From: Nannocystis bainbridge
Lineage (GTDB): Bacteria > Myxococcota_A > Polyangia > Nannocystales > Nannocystaceae
DNA: 64,000 nucleotides
Assembly: GCF_028368995.1 (NCBI RefSeq)
Contig: NZ_JAQNDL010000001.1
Location: 800,001 to 864,000, forward strand
Direction of reading: 5' to 3'
Both the position numbers and the translations under genes were made by a program. The notes under the pieces were generated by a model. It worked only from the letters and a program-made list of their open reading frames with translations, was not told the origin of the DNA and ran no database searches. This document shows, piece after piece, positions 1-10,459 of the stretch; position 1 is the first letter of the stretch; each line of letters begins with the position of its first letter.

Positions 1-10
1 CGACATCGGC

Positions 11-1798
11 ATGACTCGACCGTCCCGCAGCCTCCGGTTCTTCGCCGTCATCGGCGTCCTCTTTACTGCCCTCGTCGCCCTGGCGATGCTGACCGTCTCG
101 CTGCGTTGCGCCTGCGGCGGGCCCGGCGTCCCGGTCAAGACGGTGCTCGAGATCGACTTCGAGCGGCCCTTCCTCGAGCACCAGGCCGCCGACCCGGTCG
201 CGCGCGTGCTCGGCGGCGGCGGGCCCACGGTCGACGACCTCGTCGCCGCGCTCGAGAAGGCCCGCACCGACGACCGCGTGGTCGGCCTGGTCGCCCACGT
301 CGGCGGCGCCGGCTCCGGCTTCGCCCGCACCCAGGAGCTGCGCGACGCGATCGCCGGCTTCCGCGCCAGCGGCAAGTTCGCCGTCGCCTTCTCCGAGACC
401 TTCGGCGAGTTCGGGCCCGGCAACCAGGGCTACTACCTGGCCACCGCCTTCGACGAGATCTGGCTGCAGCCGTCCGGCGACGTCGGCCTCAACGGCCTGA
501 TGATGCAGGGCATGTTCTTCCGCGGCGCGCTCGACAAGCTCGACATCGCGGTCCGCATGGACCACCGCCACGAGTACAAGAACGCGCTCAACCAGTACAC
601 CGAGCGGGCCTTCACCCCGGCTCACAAGGAGGCCAGCCAGGCTGTCCTTTCGAGCATGTTCGATCAGCTCGTCGCCGGCATCGCCGAGGGCCGCAAGCTC
701 GCGCCCGAGGCCGTGCGCGCGCTGGTCGACCGCGGGCCGTTCCTCGGCCCCGAGGCCCACCAGGAGGGCCTGGTCGACAAGCTCGGCTACCGCGACGAGG
801 TCATGGACGCGGTCAAGGCCCGCGCCGGCGACGGCGCCGAGCTGCTGTGGCACGACCGTTACCTCGACCGCGCCGGCCGCCCGTGGACCCGCGGGGCCCG
901 GATCGCCGTGGTCTACGGCCTCGGCCCGGTCCAGCGCGGCGAGAGCAGCTTCGACCCGCTGTTCCGCGAGGCCACCATGGGCTCCGACACCGTCGCCGCG
1001 GCCCTGCGCGCCGCCATCGACGACCGCGAAGTCAAGGCGATCGTGTTCCGCGTCGACAGCCCCGGCGGCTCCTACGTCGCCTCCGACGCGATCTGGCGCG
1101 AGACGGTGCGGGCCAAGCAGGCCGGCAAGCCGATCATCGTCAGCATGGGCAACGTCGCCGGCTCGGGCGGCTACTTCGTCGCCATGCACGCGACCAAGAT
1201 CGTCGCCCAGCCCGGCACCATCACCGGCTCGATCGGCGTGCTCGGCGGCAAGATGATCACGCGTCAGCTGTTCGAGCGCCTCGGCGTCACCTACGACGCC
1301 ATCGGCAGCTCGGCCAACAGCGACTTCTTCAGCGAGACCCACGACTACAGCGCCCACGGCTGGCAGCGCTTCCAGGCCTGGCTCGACCGCGTCTACGTCG
1401 ACTTCACCAGCAAGGTCGCCGAGGGCCGCGGCCTGCCGATCGAGAAGGTCCGCGAGATCGCCAAGGGCCGGATCTGGACCGGCGCCGACGCCAAGCAGCT
1501 CGGCCTCGTCGACGAGCTCGGCGGCTGGCCGGTCGCCCTGCGCCTGGCCCGCGAGTCGGCCGGCCTGGCCGCCGACGCCGACATCGAGCTCAAGGTCTAC
1601 CCGGCGGAGAAGGGCCTGCTCGGCGCCCTCCTCGGCGGCGGCCACGGCGACAACAGCGAGTCGGTCGAGGCCCGCGTCCAGCTCACCATCGGCCTGGCCG
1701 ACGAGCTGCGCCCGGTCGCCGCCGAGCTGCGCGCCCTCGGCCTCGGCCCCGGCGCCCACGGCGTGATGAGCACCCTGCCGGTCGCCGTCGGCGAGTGA
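11..1798 (+). CDS. sppA: Signal peptide peptidase SppA (67-kDa type, protease IV)
   Basis: N-terminal TM; two S49 domains; motifs YYLATAFDEIWLQPSG, RVDSPGGS, SMGNVAGSGGY, TITGSIGV, KGRIWTGADAKQLGLVDELGG. Confidence 0.95.
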   Translation: MTRPSRSLRFFAVIGVLFTALVALAMLTVSLRCACGGPGVPVKTVLEIDFERPFLEHQAADPVARVLGGGGPTVDDLVAALEKARTDDRVVGLVAHVGGAGSGFARTQELRDAIAGFRASGKFAVAFSETFGEFGPGNQGYYLATAFDEIWLQPSGDVGLNGLMMQGMFFRGALDKLDIAVRMDHRHEYKNALNQYTERAFTPAHKEASQAVLSSMFDQLVAGIAEGRKLAPEAVRALVDRGPFLGPEAHQEGLVDKLGYRDEVMDAVKARAGDGAELLWHDRYLDRAGRPWTRGARIAVVYGLGPVQRGESSFDPLFREATMGSDTVAAALRAAIDDREVKAIVFRVDSPGGSYVASDAIWRETVRAKQAGKPIIVSMGNVAGSGGYFVAMHATKIVAQPGTITGSIGVLGGKMITRQLFERLGVTYDAIGSSANSDFFSETHDYSAHGWQRFQAWLDRVYVDFTSKVAEGRGLPIEKVREIAKGRIWTGADAKQLGLVDELGGWPVALRLARESAGLAADADIELKVYPAEKGLLGALLGGGHGDNSESVEARVQLTIGLADELRPVAAELRALGLGPGAHGVMSTLPVAVGE

Positions 1799-1999
1799 CC
1801 TGTCCTTCGGGACACACTTGAAAATCAGGCGTCGCGGCGCGAGGGCTGTCCTGCGGGGCAGCCCTTTCCCGTCGCGCAGGCGAGCCGAGCCGCCTGTCCT
1901 TCGGGACACCTCGCCCGCCCGCTTGCGCCCCCCGCCGCCATGCGTACGGTTCGATCGGCCCGGCGATGCGCCGGACGAACCCACAGGAGGGGAAGACCC

Positions 2000-2254
2000 A
2001 TGTCGGCCGTGCTCGCCTTCACCGCGCTCCTCGGACTGCTCGCCCCCGAATCGCCGCCGCCCGCCGAGCCCGAGCTGCCGAAGCGCGGCCCGCCGCTCGC
2101 CACCGACTGCGCGACCGACTGCGACGCGCGCTGCACCTGGGACGTCTGCCCGCACCCGCTCGGCTGCTTCGCCGCCCTCGACGAGGCCTGCCACACCGCC
2201 TGCCTGACCGAGAAGAAGGCGCAGTGCCCCAGCGAGCTGACGATCCCGCCGTGA
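2000..2254 (+). CDS. Small secreted Cys-rich protein (84 aa)
   Basis: AGGAGG RBS at 1985-1990 before ATG 2000; hydrophobic N-terminus; 8 Cys in the C-terminal half; GC3-rich codons. Confidence 0.7.
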   Translation: MSAVLAFTALLGLLAPESPPPAEPELPKRGPPLATDCATDCDARCTWDVCPHPLGCFAALDEACHTACLTEKKAQCPSELTIPP

Positions 2255-2487
2255 CCAGGCCTGTCCTTTCGGACATATCACAAAAGCGCCGCCCCGAAGG
2301 CCAGGCCCGCCGTGCGCGCGGCGAACATGTCCTTCAGGGCAGCAAATCAAACCGCGCGAATCGACGGACCTGTCCCTTCGAACAGCGACCGACAAAAGAC
2401 CGTCCTGAAGGGTGAGCCCGGCGATGCAGCCCGCTCGCCGGGCCCCCCTTCAGGACGGCTGAGAATCCTCCAGTCCCGCAGGGCAGC

Positions 2488-3960
2488 TCAGCGCCGGCGC
2501 CGACGCCGGACCGCGAACGCCCCCAGCAGCGCCAGGAGCCCCGCCCCCGAGCCGGACGACTGCGCGCAGCCGCAGCCGTCGTCGCTGTCCTGCTGGCCCC
2601 ACCCGGGCGGGAACAGCGGCCCGGGCGGCACCACGGGCCCGCCGCTGTCGGTAGCACCGGCGCCGCCGGCACCGCCGGTCGAATCGTCGGCCCCGGTCGA
2701 ATCGTCGGAATCGCTGTCGCCCTCGCCCTGCGAATCACCGGACGTCGACCCGGTCGACTCGCCGCCCTGCGGCTCGCTCTCACCGGTCGAGCCGCCCGGC
2801 TCGCCGCCAGGCATCGGCTCCCCGCCGCCGTTCGGCGCCTCGCCGGTGTCGCCCTCGCCGGGCTCGCTCGCGGCGACGACGGTGAAGCACACCGGATCCG
2901 ACATCACCACGTTGGGCTCGTCGTCACGCGCCTCGGCGGTCAGACAGAACGAGCCCTCGGGGAAGTTGGCGTCCTTCCATTCGTACGGCGGCGCCGTCAC
3001 CGGCGCGGCCTGGTCGACGCCGTCGACGTAGAGGTCGACCCGGGCCACGCCGACGTTGTCGCTGGCCTCGACGGTGATCGTCACCGCTGCCGGCGAGACG
3101 AACTCCTGGCCGTCCTGCGGGCTCGTGATCGCCACCGTCGGCGGGGTCGGGTCGGGCTCGTTGGCGCCGAACAGCCACATCAATTCGGCGTGCGAGTTCT
3201 GGCCCTTGTCGCAGAACTGCTTGTGCTGGGCGCCGCAGTGGACCTGCACCTTGGTGTCGAGCTTGAGGCACTCGTCGCGGAAGCTGGGGTCGCCGCCGGC
3301 GTTGTAAGGGTTCATGATGTCGTCGGGCTCGTTGACGTGCTCGAGCCCGTACGCGTGGGCGATCTCCTGGCTCATCGTCGTCGCCTGGGTCGCCGCCGAG
3401 TACTTGTCCTTGGCGCTGTGGAACGCCAGCACGACGTTGGAGGCGACCTTCTTGTCCTCGCAATCGAGCATCGCCACCCCGAGCACGCCGCCGCCGAACA
3501 CATTGGTCGGCGAATTGACGCACATCGTGTATTCGCCCTGGTCCGGCCGCTCGTCGGTGATCACCACCTTGTACTTGGCCCAGTCGGCCTTGACCGCCTG
3601 CAGCGAGGCCGCGCGCTTGCTGCCCTCGCCGTACGGCGCGTACTCCCCCGCGAACTCCTTGAAGGCGCTCTCGTCCTTCTTGGCGTCGTCCTTGCCCGTG
3701 GCCTTGAGGGTCACGCCGTCGTAGTTCAGGAAGAACACATTGGTCTGGGCCTGCCCGACGGCGCTCGGCGGCACGTTGGCCTTGAGGCGCGTCGTCCCCT
3801 GCGAGGCCGGCGGCAGCAGCGGAGCGGCGCGCACGCCGGTCGGCTCCGGCTCCGCGGCGGCGGATTGCACATACGGCGCCGCCCCCGCAGCATTGCTCAC
3901 GAGACATGTCGCAAAGGACAGGACGAACATGCGCTTCCGGCGATCGGTGGTGAATGTCAT
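2488..3960 (-). CDS. MYXO-CTERM-anchored metzincin-like protein with Ig-like (Big) domain, paralog 1
   Basis: Signal peptide; QEIAHAYGLEH followed by Met-turn DIMNP; PTVAITSP...VDLYVDG Ig-like domain; Gly/Ser/Asp linker; tail GCGCAQ..LLALLGAFAVRRRRRR; GGAG/GAGG upstream of ATG 3960. Confidence 0.85.
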   Translation of the reverse strand: MTFTTDRRKRMFVLSFATCLVSNAAGAAPYVQSAAAEPEPTGVRAAPLLPPASQGTTRLKANVPPSAVGQAQTNVFFLNYDGVTLKATGKDDAKKDESAFKEFAGEYAPYGEGSKRAASLQAVKADWAKYKVVITDERPDQGEYTMCVNSPTNVFGGGVLGVAMLDCEDKKVASNVVLAFHSAKDKYSAATQATTMSQEIAHAYGLEHVNEPDDIMNPYNAGGDPSFRDECLKLDTKVQVHCGAQHKQFCDKGQNSHAELMWLFGANEPDPTPPTVAITSPQDGQEFVSPAAVTITVEASDNVGVARVDLYVDGVDQAAPVTAPPYEWKDANFPEGSFCLTAEARDDEPNVVMSDPVCFTVVAASEPGEGDTGEAPNGGGEPMPGGEPGGSTGESEPQGGESTGSTSGDSQGEGDSDSDDSTGADDSTGGAGGAGATDSGGPVVPPGPLFPPGWGQQDSDDGCGCAQSSGSGAGLLALLGAFAVRRRRRR

Positions 3961-4285
3961 GTGCCTCACTCCGTTACGACATTTCACATAGGCAATTCAT
4001 GCCACCGTGCTCAAGCCTTATTTTCAGCGGCGCATGGACGATTCGCGCGGTGCGGACATTCCGCCGGCGCACCGCGAGCCCCGAGGCGTGTTGGAGGGAA
4101 TTGATGCATCCGTGTGAGGCTGCGCAAGTTCTTGCGCGCCGCTCGCCGCGCACGGCAAGTTCCGCACAGTCAACGCGCCGCACGCGCGTTGACAACGTCA
4201 ACCACGCACGGCGCGCCTGAAGCCGGCAAAAACTCGGGCCCGCCGCGGCTGCGCGGCAGGCCCGGGCGGTCGCTCCTCGCCGCGC

Positions 4286-5698
4286 TCAGCCGCGCCGGCG
4301 CCGCCGGACCAGCCCGAGCGCCACCAGCACCAGCAGCCCCGCCGCGCCCGGCCGGGCCGGCTGGGCGCAGCCGCAGCCCGTGTCGCCGCCGTCCTGGCCG
4401 AACCCCGGCGGCAGCGCCGAGCTGTCGGACGACGGCAGCAGGCCGCCGTCGTCGCCGCTGTCGCTGCCCGGCTCCGGCTCGGGCTCCGGCTCACCGGTCT
4501 CGAGGCCACCGGTCTCGCCGCCGGTGGTCGGCGGCTCGCCGGTGGTCGGGTCGGGCTCGCCGCTGGTGCTCGAAGGCCCGGTCGTGGTGCCCTCATTCTG
4601 CTTCACCACCGAGAAGCAGACCTCGGCCGACATCGTCGAGTTGGGCTCGTCGTCGATCGCCTGGGCCGCCACGCAATAAGTCCCCTCGGGGAAGGCCGCG
4701 TCGGACCACTGATACGGCGGCGTCGAGTCGGGCACGCCTTGATTGGCGCCGTCGATGAAGAGGTTGACCTCGGCGACCCCGATGTTGTCGTTGGCCTCGG
4801 CGGTGATCGTGATCGTCGCCGGGGCGACGAACTGATCGCCGTTCTTCGGGTTCGTGATCGTCACCGACGGCGGCGCCGCGTCCGGGGTCGCGCTGCCGAA
4901 CAGCCACAACAGCTCCTGGTGCGAGTTCTGCTGGCCGTTGTTGCAGAACTGGTTGTGCTGGGCCCCGCACTGGATCGGGTTGCCGCCGCCGTCGAGGTTC
5001 AGACACTGGTCGAGGAAGCTCGGATCGCCGCCCGCGTTGTACGGGTTCATGATGTCGTTGGGCTGATTGACGTGCTCGAGCCCGTACGCGTGGGCGATCT
5101 CCTGGCTCATCGTCGTCGCCTGGGTCGCCGCCGAGAACTGATCGTTGGCGCTGTGGAACGCCAGCACGATGTTGGCCGCCATGTTGTCGTTGCAATCGAG
5201 CGGCGCCACCCCGAGCACGCCGCCGCCGAACACGTTCGTCGGCGAATTGACGCACATCGTGTAGAGCCCGCCGCCGGGCCGCACGTCGGTGATCGTCACG
5301 TCGTACGGGGCCCAGTCGGACTTGACCGCCTGCAGCGAGGCGGTGCGCTTGTTGCCGGCCCCGTACGGCTGGAAGTTGGCGGCGAACTCGGCGAACACCG
5401 TGGTGTTGGTCGCCGAATTGTCCTGCCCGCCCTGCTGCAGCGTCACGCCGTCGTAGTTCAGGAAGAACACGTTGGCCTGCGCGTGCCCGGCCGCGGTCGC
5501 GCGCGTGCGGTCGGCCAGGTCGAGCCCGTCCTGCGCCGGCGGGACCATCGGCGTCGCCCGCCAGGCCGCCGGCTCGGGCGCCTCCGGCGCAGCCGTTGGC
5601 TGCACGAACGGAGCGGCGAATGCGCTCGGAGTCAACAGGCACACCCCGGCGGCGACGGCCACGGACTGCGATCGGAAGGCGGCGAACGGCAGGATCAT
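4286..5698 (-). CDS. MYXO-CTERM-anchored metzincin-like protein with Ig-like domain, paralog 2
   Basis: Same architecture and long near-identical blocks as 2488-3960 (NVFFLNYDGVTL, CVNSPTNVFGGGVLGVA, SQEIAHAYGLEHVN); tail GCGCAQ..LLVLVALGLVRRRRRG. Confidence 0.88.
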   Translation of the reverse strand: MILPFAAFRSQSVAVAAGVCLLTPSAFAAPFVQPTAAPEAPEPAAWRATPMVPPAQDGLDLADRTRATAAGHAQANVFFLNYDGVTLQQGGQDNSATNTTVFAEFAANFQPYGAGNKRTASLQAVKSDWAPYDVTITDVRPGGGLYTMCVNSPTNVFGGGVLGVAPLDCNDNMAANIVLAFHSANDQFSAATQATTMSQEIAHAYGLEHVNQPNDIMNPYNAGGDPSFLDQCLNLDGGGNPIQCGAQHNQFCNNGQQNSHQELLWLFGSATPDAAPPSVTITNPKNGDQFVAPATITITAEANDNIGVAEVNLFIDGANQGVPDSTPPYQWSDAAFPEGTYCVAAQAIDDEPNSTMSAEVCFSVVKQNEGTTTGPSSTSGEPDPTTGEPPTTGGETGGLETGEPEPEPEPGSDSGDDGGLLPSSDSSALPPGFGQDGGDTGCGCAQPARPGAAGLLVLVALGLVRRRRRG

Positions 5699-5925
5699 GG
5701 GGTTTGTCCAAGTTCCACCCTAGGCAATCCCTCGCCTGGCCTTCAAGCGCTAATTTCGACGGACGGCTGCAGAGAATCTGCGCCCGCGGACGCCCGGACA
5801 GCGGTCCGGGGCCCCCACGGCGCTCGCCAGGCGCGTGACGCTGCGCATGCAACGATGCCCCGCGGCCTGACGCACCCGGTTGGCACTGCCCGCACTCGCG
5901 CGCGTCGGCTACATTCACGGCCCGC

Positions 5926-6903
5926 ATGGTCGCCCGCCCCAGCGCGCAATCCACCCCCGCCGAGGTCCTCGTGCTCGGCGGCGGCGTCGCGGGCCTGACC
6001 ACCGCGCTGTGCCTGCTGCGGGCCGGAAAGCGCGTCCGCGTGGCCGCCCGGGCCTACCTCGCCGGCACCACCTCGGCCGTCGCCGCGGCCTTCTGGTACC
6101 CCTATCGCGCCTATCCCGAGGCGATGGTGGCACCGTGGGCCCGCGTCAGCTACGCGCGCTTCGCCGAGCTCACGCGCGCCACCCCGGAGGCCGGCGTGCT
6201 GCGGCGCGAGACCGTCGAGGTGTTCCCGCAGCCGGCCTCGCCGCCCGCCTGGGCCCTCGACCTGCCCGATTTCGAGACCTTGCCCGCGGCCGCCCTCCCG
6301 CCCGGGTACGGCGCGGGTTATCGATTCACCACCTTCGTGATCGAGACCACGATCTACTTGCCCTGGCTCATGCGCCAGGTCGAGGCGGCCGGCGGCGAGC
6401 TGACGACCCGCGCCTACGCGAACCTCGACGAGGCCGTCGCCGACTGCCCCGACGTCGTCGATTGCACCGGCCTCGGCGCCCGCGAGCTCGTCCCCGATCC
6501 CTCGGTCTACGCGGTGCGCGGTCAGGTCGTGAGGGTCAAAAACCCCGGGCTTTCTCGCGTGTGGATCGACGAGCACAGCGGCGACGGGATCACCTACATC
6601 GTGCCGCGCAGCGGTGACGTCGTGCTCGGCGGCACCGCGGACGAGCACGAAGAAGACACCACGCCCGACCCCGGCCGCACGCCCGCGATCGTCGAGCGCT
6701 GCGCTCGCCTCGAGCCGGCGCTGCGCGGCGCCGAGGTGGTCTCGGTCGTCGTCGGCCTCCGCCCCGTGCGCCCGACCGTCCGCCTCGAGGCCGAGGCGCG
6801 CCCCGGCGGCCGCATCGTCCACAACTACGGCCACGGCGGCGCCGGCGTCACCCTCTCGTGGGGCTGCGCCGAGGCGGCCGCTCAATTGATCCTCCACACC
6901 TGA
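5926..6903 (+). CDS. D-amino acid oxidase / FAD-dependent oxidoreductase (DAO family)
   Basis: GGGVAG dinucleotide motif, [36 protein letters not shown] (DAO signature). Confidence 0.92.
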   Translation: MVARPSAQSTPAEVLVLGGGVAGLTTALCLLRAGKRVRVAARAYLAGTTSAVAAAFWYPYRAYPEAMVAPWARVSYARFAELTRATPEAGVLRRETVEVFPQPASPPAWALDLPDFETLPAAALPPGYGAGYRFTTFVIETTIYLPWLMRQVEAAGGELTTRAYANLDEAVADCPDVVDCTGLGARELVPDPSVYAVRGQVVRVKNPGLSRVWIDEHSGDGITYIVPRSGDVVLGGTADEHEEDTTPDPGRTPAIVERCARLEPALRGAEVVSVVVGLRPVRPTVRLEAEARPGGRIVHNYGHGGAGVTLSWGCAEAAAQLILHT

Positions 6904-6913
6904 CCTTCAAGCC

Positions 6914-7819
6914 ATGTCGCAAACGCTGACCCACCTGCGCCAGCTCGAGGCCGAGAGCGTCCACATCATCCGCGAGGTCGCGGCCGAGTTCGAGCGGCCG
7001 GTCCTCCTGTTCAGCGGCGGCAAGGACTCGGCCTGCATGCTGCACGTCGCGCGCAAGGCGTTCCACCCCGCGCCGCTGCCGTTCCCGCTGCTTCACATCA
7101 ATACGACCTGGGACTTCCGCGAGCTGCTCGAGTACCGCGATTGGTTCGCCGCCACCCACGGCATGAACCTCATCGTCTACACCAACGAGGCGGCGCTGGC
7201 CGAGGGCATCAACCCGTTCGACACGCCGACCCCCAAGTACAGCGCGGCGATGCAGACGCAGGCGCTGGTGCAGGCGCTGCGCCAGGGCGGCTACGACGCC
7301 GCGTTCGGCGGGGCCCGCCGCGACGAGGAGAAGGCCCGCGCCAAGGAGCGGGTCTACTCGTTCCGCAACAAGCAGATGCAGTGGGACCCGAAGAACCAGC
7401 GGCCCGAGCTCTGGAACACCTACAACGGCAAGGTCAACCCGGGCGAGAGCATCCGCGTGTTCCCGCTGTCGAACTGGACCGAGCTCGACGTGTGGCTGTA
7501 CATCCACCTCGAGCAGATCCCGCTGACCCCGCTCTACTTCGCCAGCGAGCGGCCCTGCATCGAGCGCAACGGGGCCATCATCGCCGTCGACGACGCCCGC
7601 ATGCGGCTGCTGCCCGGCGAGGTCCCGCGCCCGCGCACGGTCCGCTTCCGCACCCTCGGCTGCTACCCGCTGACCGGCGCCGTCGAGAGCCCCGCCGCCA
7701 CGGTGCCCGAGATCATCGAGGAGATGCTGGTCGCCACCCACTCCGAGCGCCAGGGCCGCCTCATCGACTACGACGAGGCCGGCAGCATGGAGCAGAAGAA
7801 GAAAGAGGGCTACTTCTAG
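6914..7819 (+). CDS. cysD: Sulfate adenylyltransferase subunit 2
   Basis: [70 protein letters not shown]. Confidence 0.98.
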   Translation: MSQTLTHLRQLEAESVHIIREVAAEFERPVLLFSGGKDSACMLHVARKAFHPAPLPFPLLHINTTWDFRELLEYRDWFAATHGMNLIVYTNEAALAEGINPFDTPTPKYSAAMQTQALVQALRQGGYDAAFGGARRDEEKARAKERVYSFRNKQMQWDPKNQRPELWNTYNGKVNPGESIRVFPLSNWTELDVWLYIHLEQIPLTPLYFASERPCIERNGAIIAVDDARMRLLPGEVPRPRTVRFRTLGCYPLTGAVESPAATVPEIIEEMLVATHSERQGRLIDYDEAGSMEQKKKEGYF

Positions 7820-7883
7820 CCCTGTCCTCCGGGGCATGTCCAAGCGGGCATGCCCCCCGGGACATGCCCTTTCGGACATGTCC
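7818..7883. repeat. 14-bp phased RRRCATGYYY array immediately after the cysD stop
   Basis: Cores CCTG 7821, CATG 7835, 7849, 7863, 7877 (exact 14-bp steps). Confidence 0.9.
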
Positions 7884-7976
7884 CGACAATTGTCCCTCTG
7901 CATGCTCGTGGACACGGAGCGCGGGATGACGGTGCCACGCCGATGGCGTATGGCGGCTTCAGGGGCGCCGCCCGAC

Positions 7977-8570
7977 CTACAACGCCGTGCCGGGCGGTCG
8001 CCGTGCCACCAAGTTGAACACCTCGGTGCCGAGCGCGATCTGCGTATCGATCGCGGTGATCAAGTCTACCGTCGGGATCAAGATGCCCTGCGTTCGAATG
8101 GTGTGGGTGTCGCGATATTTTTGGCGAATGCTGGCCAAGTTGTCGTCGACATAGCCGTAGAGCGCCTGCGCCTGATCGACACCTTCGAAGTAATTCGGTG
8201 ACCTTGACGCCGCATAATATCCATTGTACGGCTCGGGGAACGTGCCGAGGACCGACACTTCCGTGCCGCCCTCGGCGGGCTCGAGGAGCAAAAACAGCTG
8301 CTCACCGCCATTCGTGCACAACAGTGCGTATTTGCCGGCGGTGAGGCGCGCACGGACTTCTTCGAGTTGCAACACGATGTGGCTGAGATAGCCAAAGCTG
8401 TTGATGTCGTCGTTGAAGACGGGCGGCAGCATGTCGAACATCAAGACCGTGCGATCGAGCCGCGGCGTCCACGGCGGCCGGTCTCGCAAAAACGCCGCGA
8501 GCGTCATTGCACTCGGCGGCGGAAATGCATCGCGTTCGTCGTCTGGATCGACCACATAGAGCGTCAACAC
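7977..8570 (-). CDS. Hypothetical protein with atypical (lower-GC) composition, 197 aa
   Basis: GTG 8570 preceded by GGAG; globular-looking sequence (MLTLYVVDPDDERDAF...); visibly more A/T than flanks. Confidence 0.7.
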   Translation of the reverse strand: MLTLYVVDPDDERDAFPPPSAMTLAAFLRDRPPWTPRLDRTVLMFDMLPPVFNDDINSFGYLSHIVLQLEEVRARLTAGKYALLCTNGGEQLFLLLEPAEGGTEVSVLGTFPEPYNGYYAASRSPNYFEGVDQAQALYGYVDDNLASIRQKYRDTHTIRTQGILIPTVDLITAIDTQIALGTEVFNLVARRPPGTAL

Positions 8571-8861
8571 GGCATTTCTCCACGATGTGCGCGCCGCGCT
8601 TCGGTCGCTTGTTCGGTGTCGATGCCCATCGCTGCCTCCTGCGTACGGCCCGACGGTAGCATCGAACGCGGCGGTCAGAAAATGAACCCCCATCCCCGCG
8701 CTCTCCCCCGGCCTCACCCGGCCGTCAAGCGCGGCGGAGGCCAGCGGGCGGACCAGGGTGGCCCGCACGTGGGCCGGGTGACGCTCGGGCGCGCCCCCCT
8801 TCGTCGCCCCTCGCCCACCGCGCTCCGGCCGCGCCGCGACCGAAGTGTTAGGCTCGCCGCG

Positions 8862-9557
8862 ATGCGTCGCGTCGTGTCGGTCTTGATTGCCGTGTTCGTG
8901 ATCCTCGTGTTCCTCGGCACGATCGCATTTGCGATCGTCGCCCAGATGACCGACACGCCGCTCGAGCCCGCATACACGTTGATGCGCTTGCAGGCGGTGT
9001 GGGACGACGGCCGCTACGGCCTGAAGTACACCTTCGCCCTCACCTGGTTCTGCACCCTGTGCGCGCTGTTCGGCCCGCTCGGCCTGATCTCGATCAGCGT
9101 CGGTCCCGTGCGCAACGCCAGGTCGATGCCCGCGATGCCCGCGTGGCCGCGGCTCGAGTGGACCCGCATGCGCGAGGGCGCGCGGGCGCGCCTCGGCTTC
9201 GCGCTGACGGTCGTGAGCCTGCTGTTCGCCGGCGGGTGCCTGCTCGACCCCGAGATGTTCACGCCGGTCGGCTTCCTCGCCAAGATCTTCCTGATCTTCT
9301 TGCCCTTCACGCTGCTCGCCGGACCGGCGCTGCTGCTCGACGTGATCCTGCCCGCCAGCGTGCTGCGCGGCCCGATCACCGCGCTCGAGCGGGTGCCCGG
9401 CGCCACCGCGCAGCAGGCCGCGCAGCAGTTCGTCACTCTCGGCGAGCAGCGCATCGAGCTGCCCGCCGCGCTGTGGGAGCAGCTGAAGGTCGGCGAGGTC
9501 ATCGCCCTGCGCCGCAGCGGCGGCTTCGAGCGCGTGCTCGAGCTGGCGCGCGAGTGA
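8862..9557 (+). CDS. Hypothetical multi-pass membrane protein
   Basis: ATG 8862 preceded by TGnTAGGCT; about 4 hydrophobic segments, then a small beta-rich C-terminal domain. Confidence 0.8.
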   Translation: MRRVVSVLIAVFVILVFLGTIAFAIVAQMTDTPLEPAYTLMRLQAVWDDGRYGLKYTFALTWFCTLCALFGPLGLISISVGPVRNARSMPAMPAWPRLEWTRMREGARARLGFALTVVSLLFAGGCLLDPEMFTPVGFLAKIFLIFLPFTLLAGPALLLDVILPASVLRGPITALERVPGATAQQAAQQFVTLGEQRIELPAALWEQLKVGEVIALRRSGGFERVLELARE

Positions 9558-9827
9558 CCTGGCGCTCACAGCGAGCGTCGCCCTGCAACGGCAGCGCATC
9601 GCCGCCGACCGGCACGAAGCCGTTCTTGTGCAGCACCTCGCGGATCTGCAGCGGACCCAGGGTGAACGCTCGCCCGGCAGGGGCGCTCACCCTCGGTCAT
9701 CAAGCTGGCCTGCAAGACATCCCCCGCGGTCAGAGAGTCCTCGGCCCAGCGTCGGCGGACGGGCGCGCGCACGCACGCCCTCCGCGGCGCAGGGCGAGCG
9801 TGCAGCGGCACGCTCGCGGCCGAGCCC

Positions 9828-10427
9828 TCAGCCCTTCTTCTGCAGGGTGTCGCAGGCCTCCTTGTGGCGCGCGAGCGACTCCTGCGAGGCGATGCCGACC
9901 ATGTAGTTGTTCTTGCAGGTGACCTCGCGGTCGCCCGCCTTCATGTTGCGCACGAAGTTGTACTTCACCGCGCCGTAGCCGTCGGCGGTCCACTCGAGCG
10001 CCTCGGGGGTCTCGGTCGTGAAGGTCAGCTTGAGCTTGCCCTCGGAGGCGCTGGCGCCCTTCTCGAGGCTCTCCTTGAGGGTGGCGAGGTCGGTGTGCTT
10101 GGGCGCGAACGCGAGGTCGAAGCCAGCGGCGCGGCCGGCGGCGATGCGCGCCCCCTTGATACCATCCTGCATCACCTTGCCCTCTTTCGGACCCTTGGCG
10201 ACCCACCCGGCCCACTCCGGATCGGCGCTCGCCAGGTCGTGCTCGATCATCTCGACCGGCGCGTCGGCCTTCGGCGCGTCAGCCTTCGGCGCGTCGGCCT
10301 TCGGTGCGTCGGCCTTCGGCGCTTCGGCCTTGGCGTCGGCCTTGACGTCGGTCTTCTTGGCGTCGCCACCACAGGCGGCCAGCGCGATGACGAGAGGGAG
10401 GGCGAGGAAGCTGTGAATCTTCTGCAT
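9828..10427 (-). CDS. Lipoprotein with (KADAP)n linker
   Basis: Lipobox LAAC; 15-bp tandem repeats encoding KADAP; C-terminal globular domain with two Cys. Confidence 0.88.
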   Translation of the reverse strand: MQKIHSFLALPLVIALAACGGDAKKTDVKADAKAEAPKADAPKADAPKADAPKADAPVEMIEHDLASADPEWAGWVAKGPKEGKVMQDGIKGARIAAGRAAGFDLAFAPKHTDLATLKESLEKGASASEGKLKLTFTTETPEALEWTADGYGAVKYNFVRNMKAGDREVTCKNNYMVGIASQESLARHKEACDTLQKKG

Positions 10428-10459
10428 GCGCGGGCGACATACCCGACTCCCGGTACGCG

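Noticed and set aside
1799-1815. TGTCC-TTCG-GGACA hairpin as a Rho-independent terminator after sppA
   Set aside because: Short stem and no U-tract; better explained as a member of the 14-bp family.
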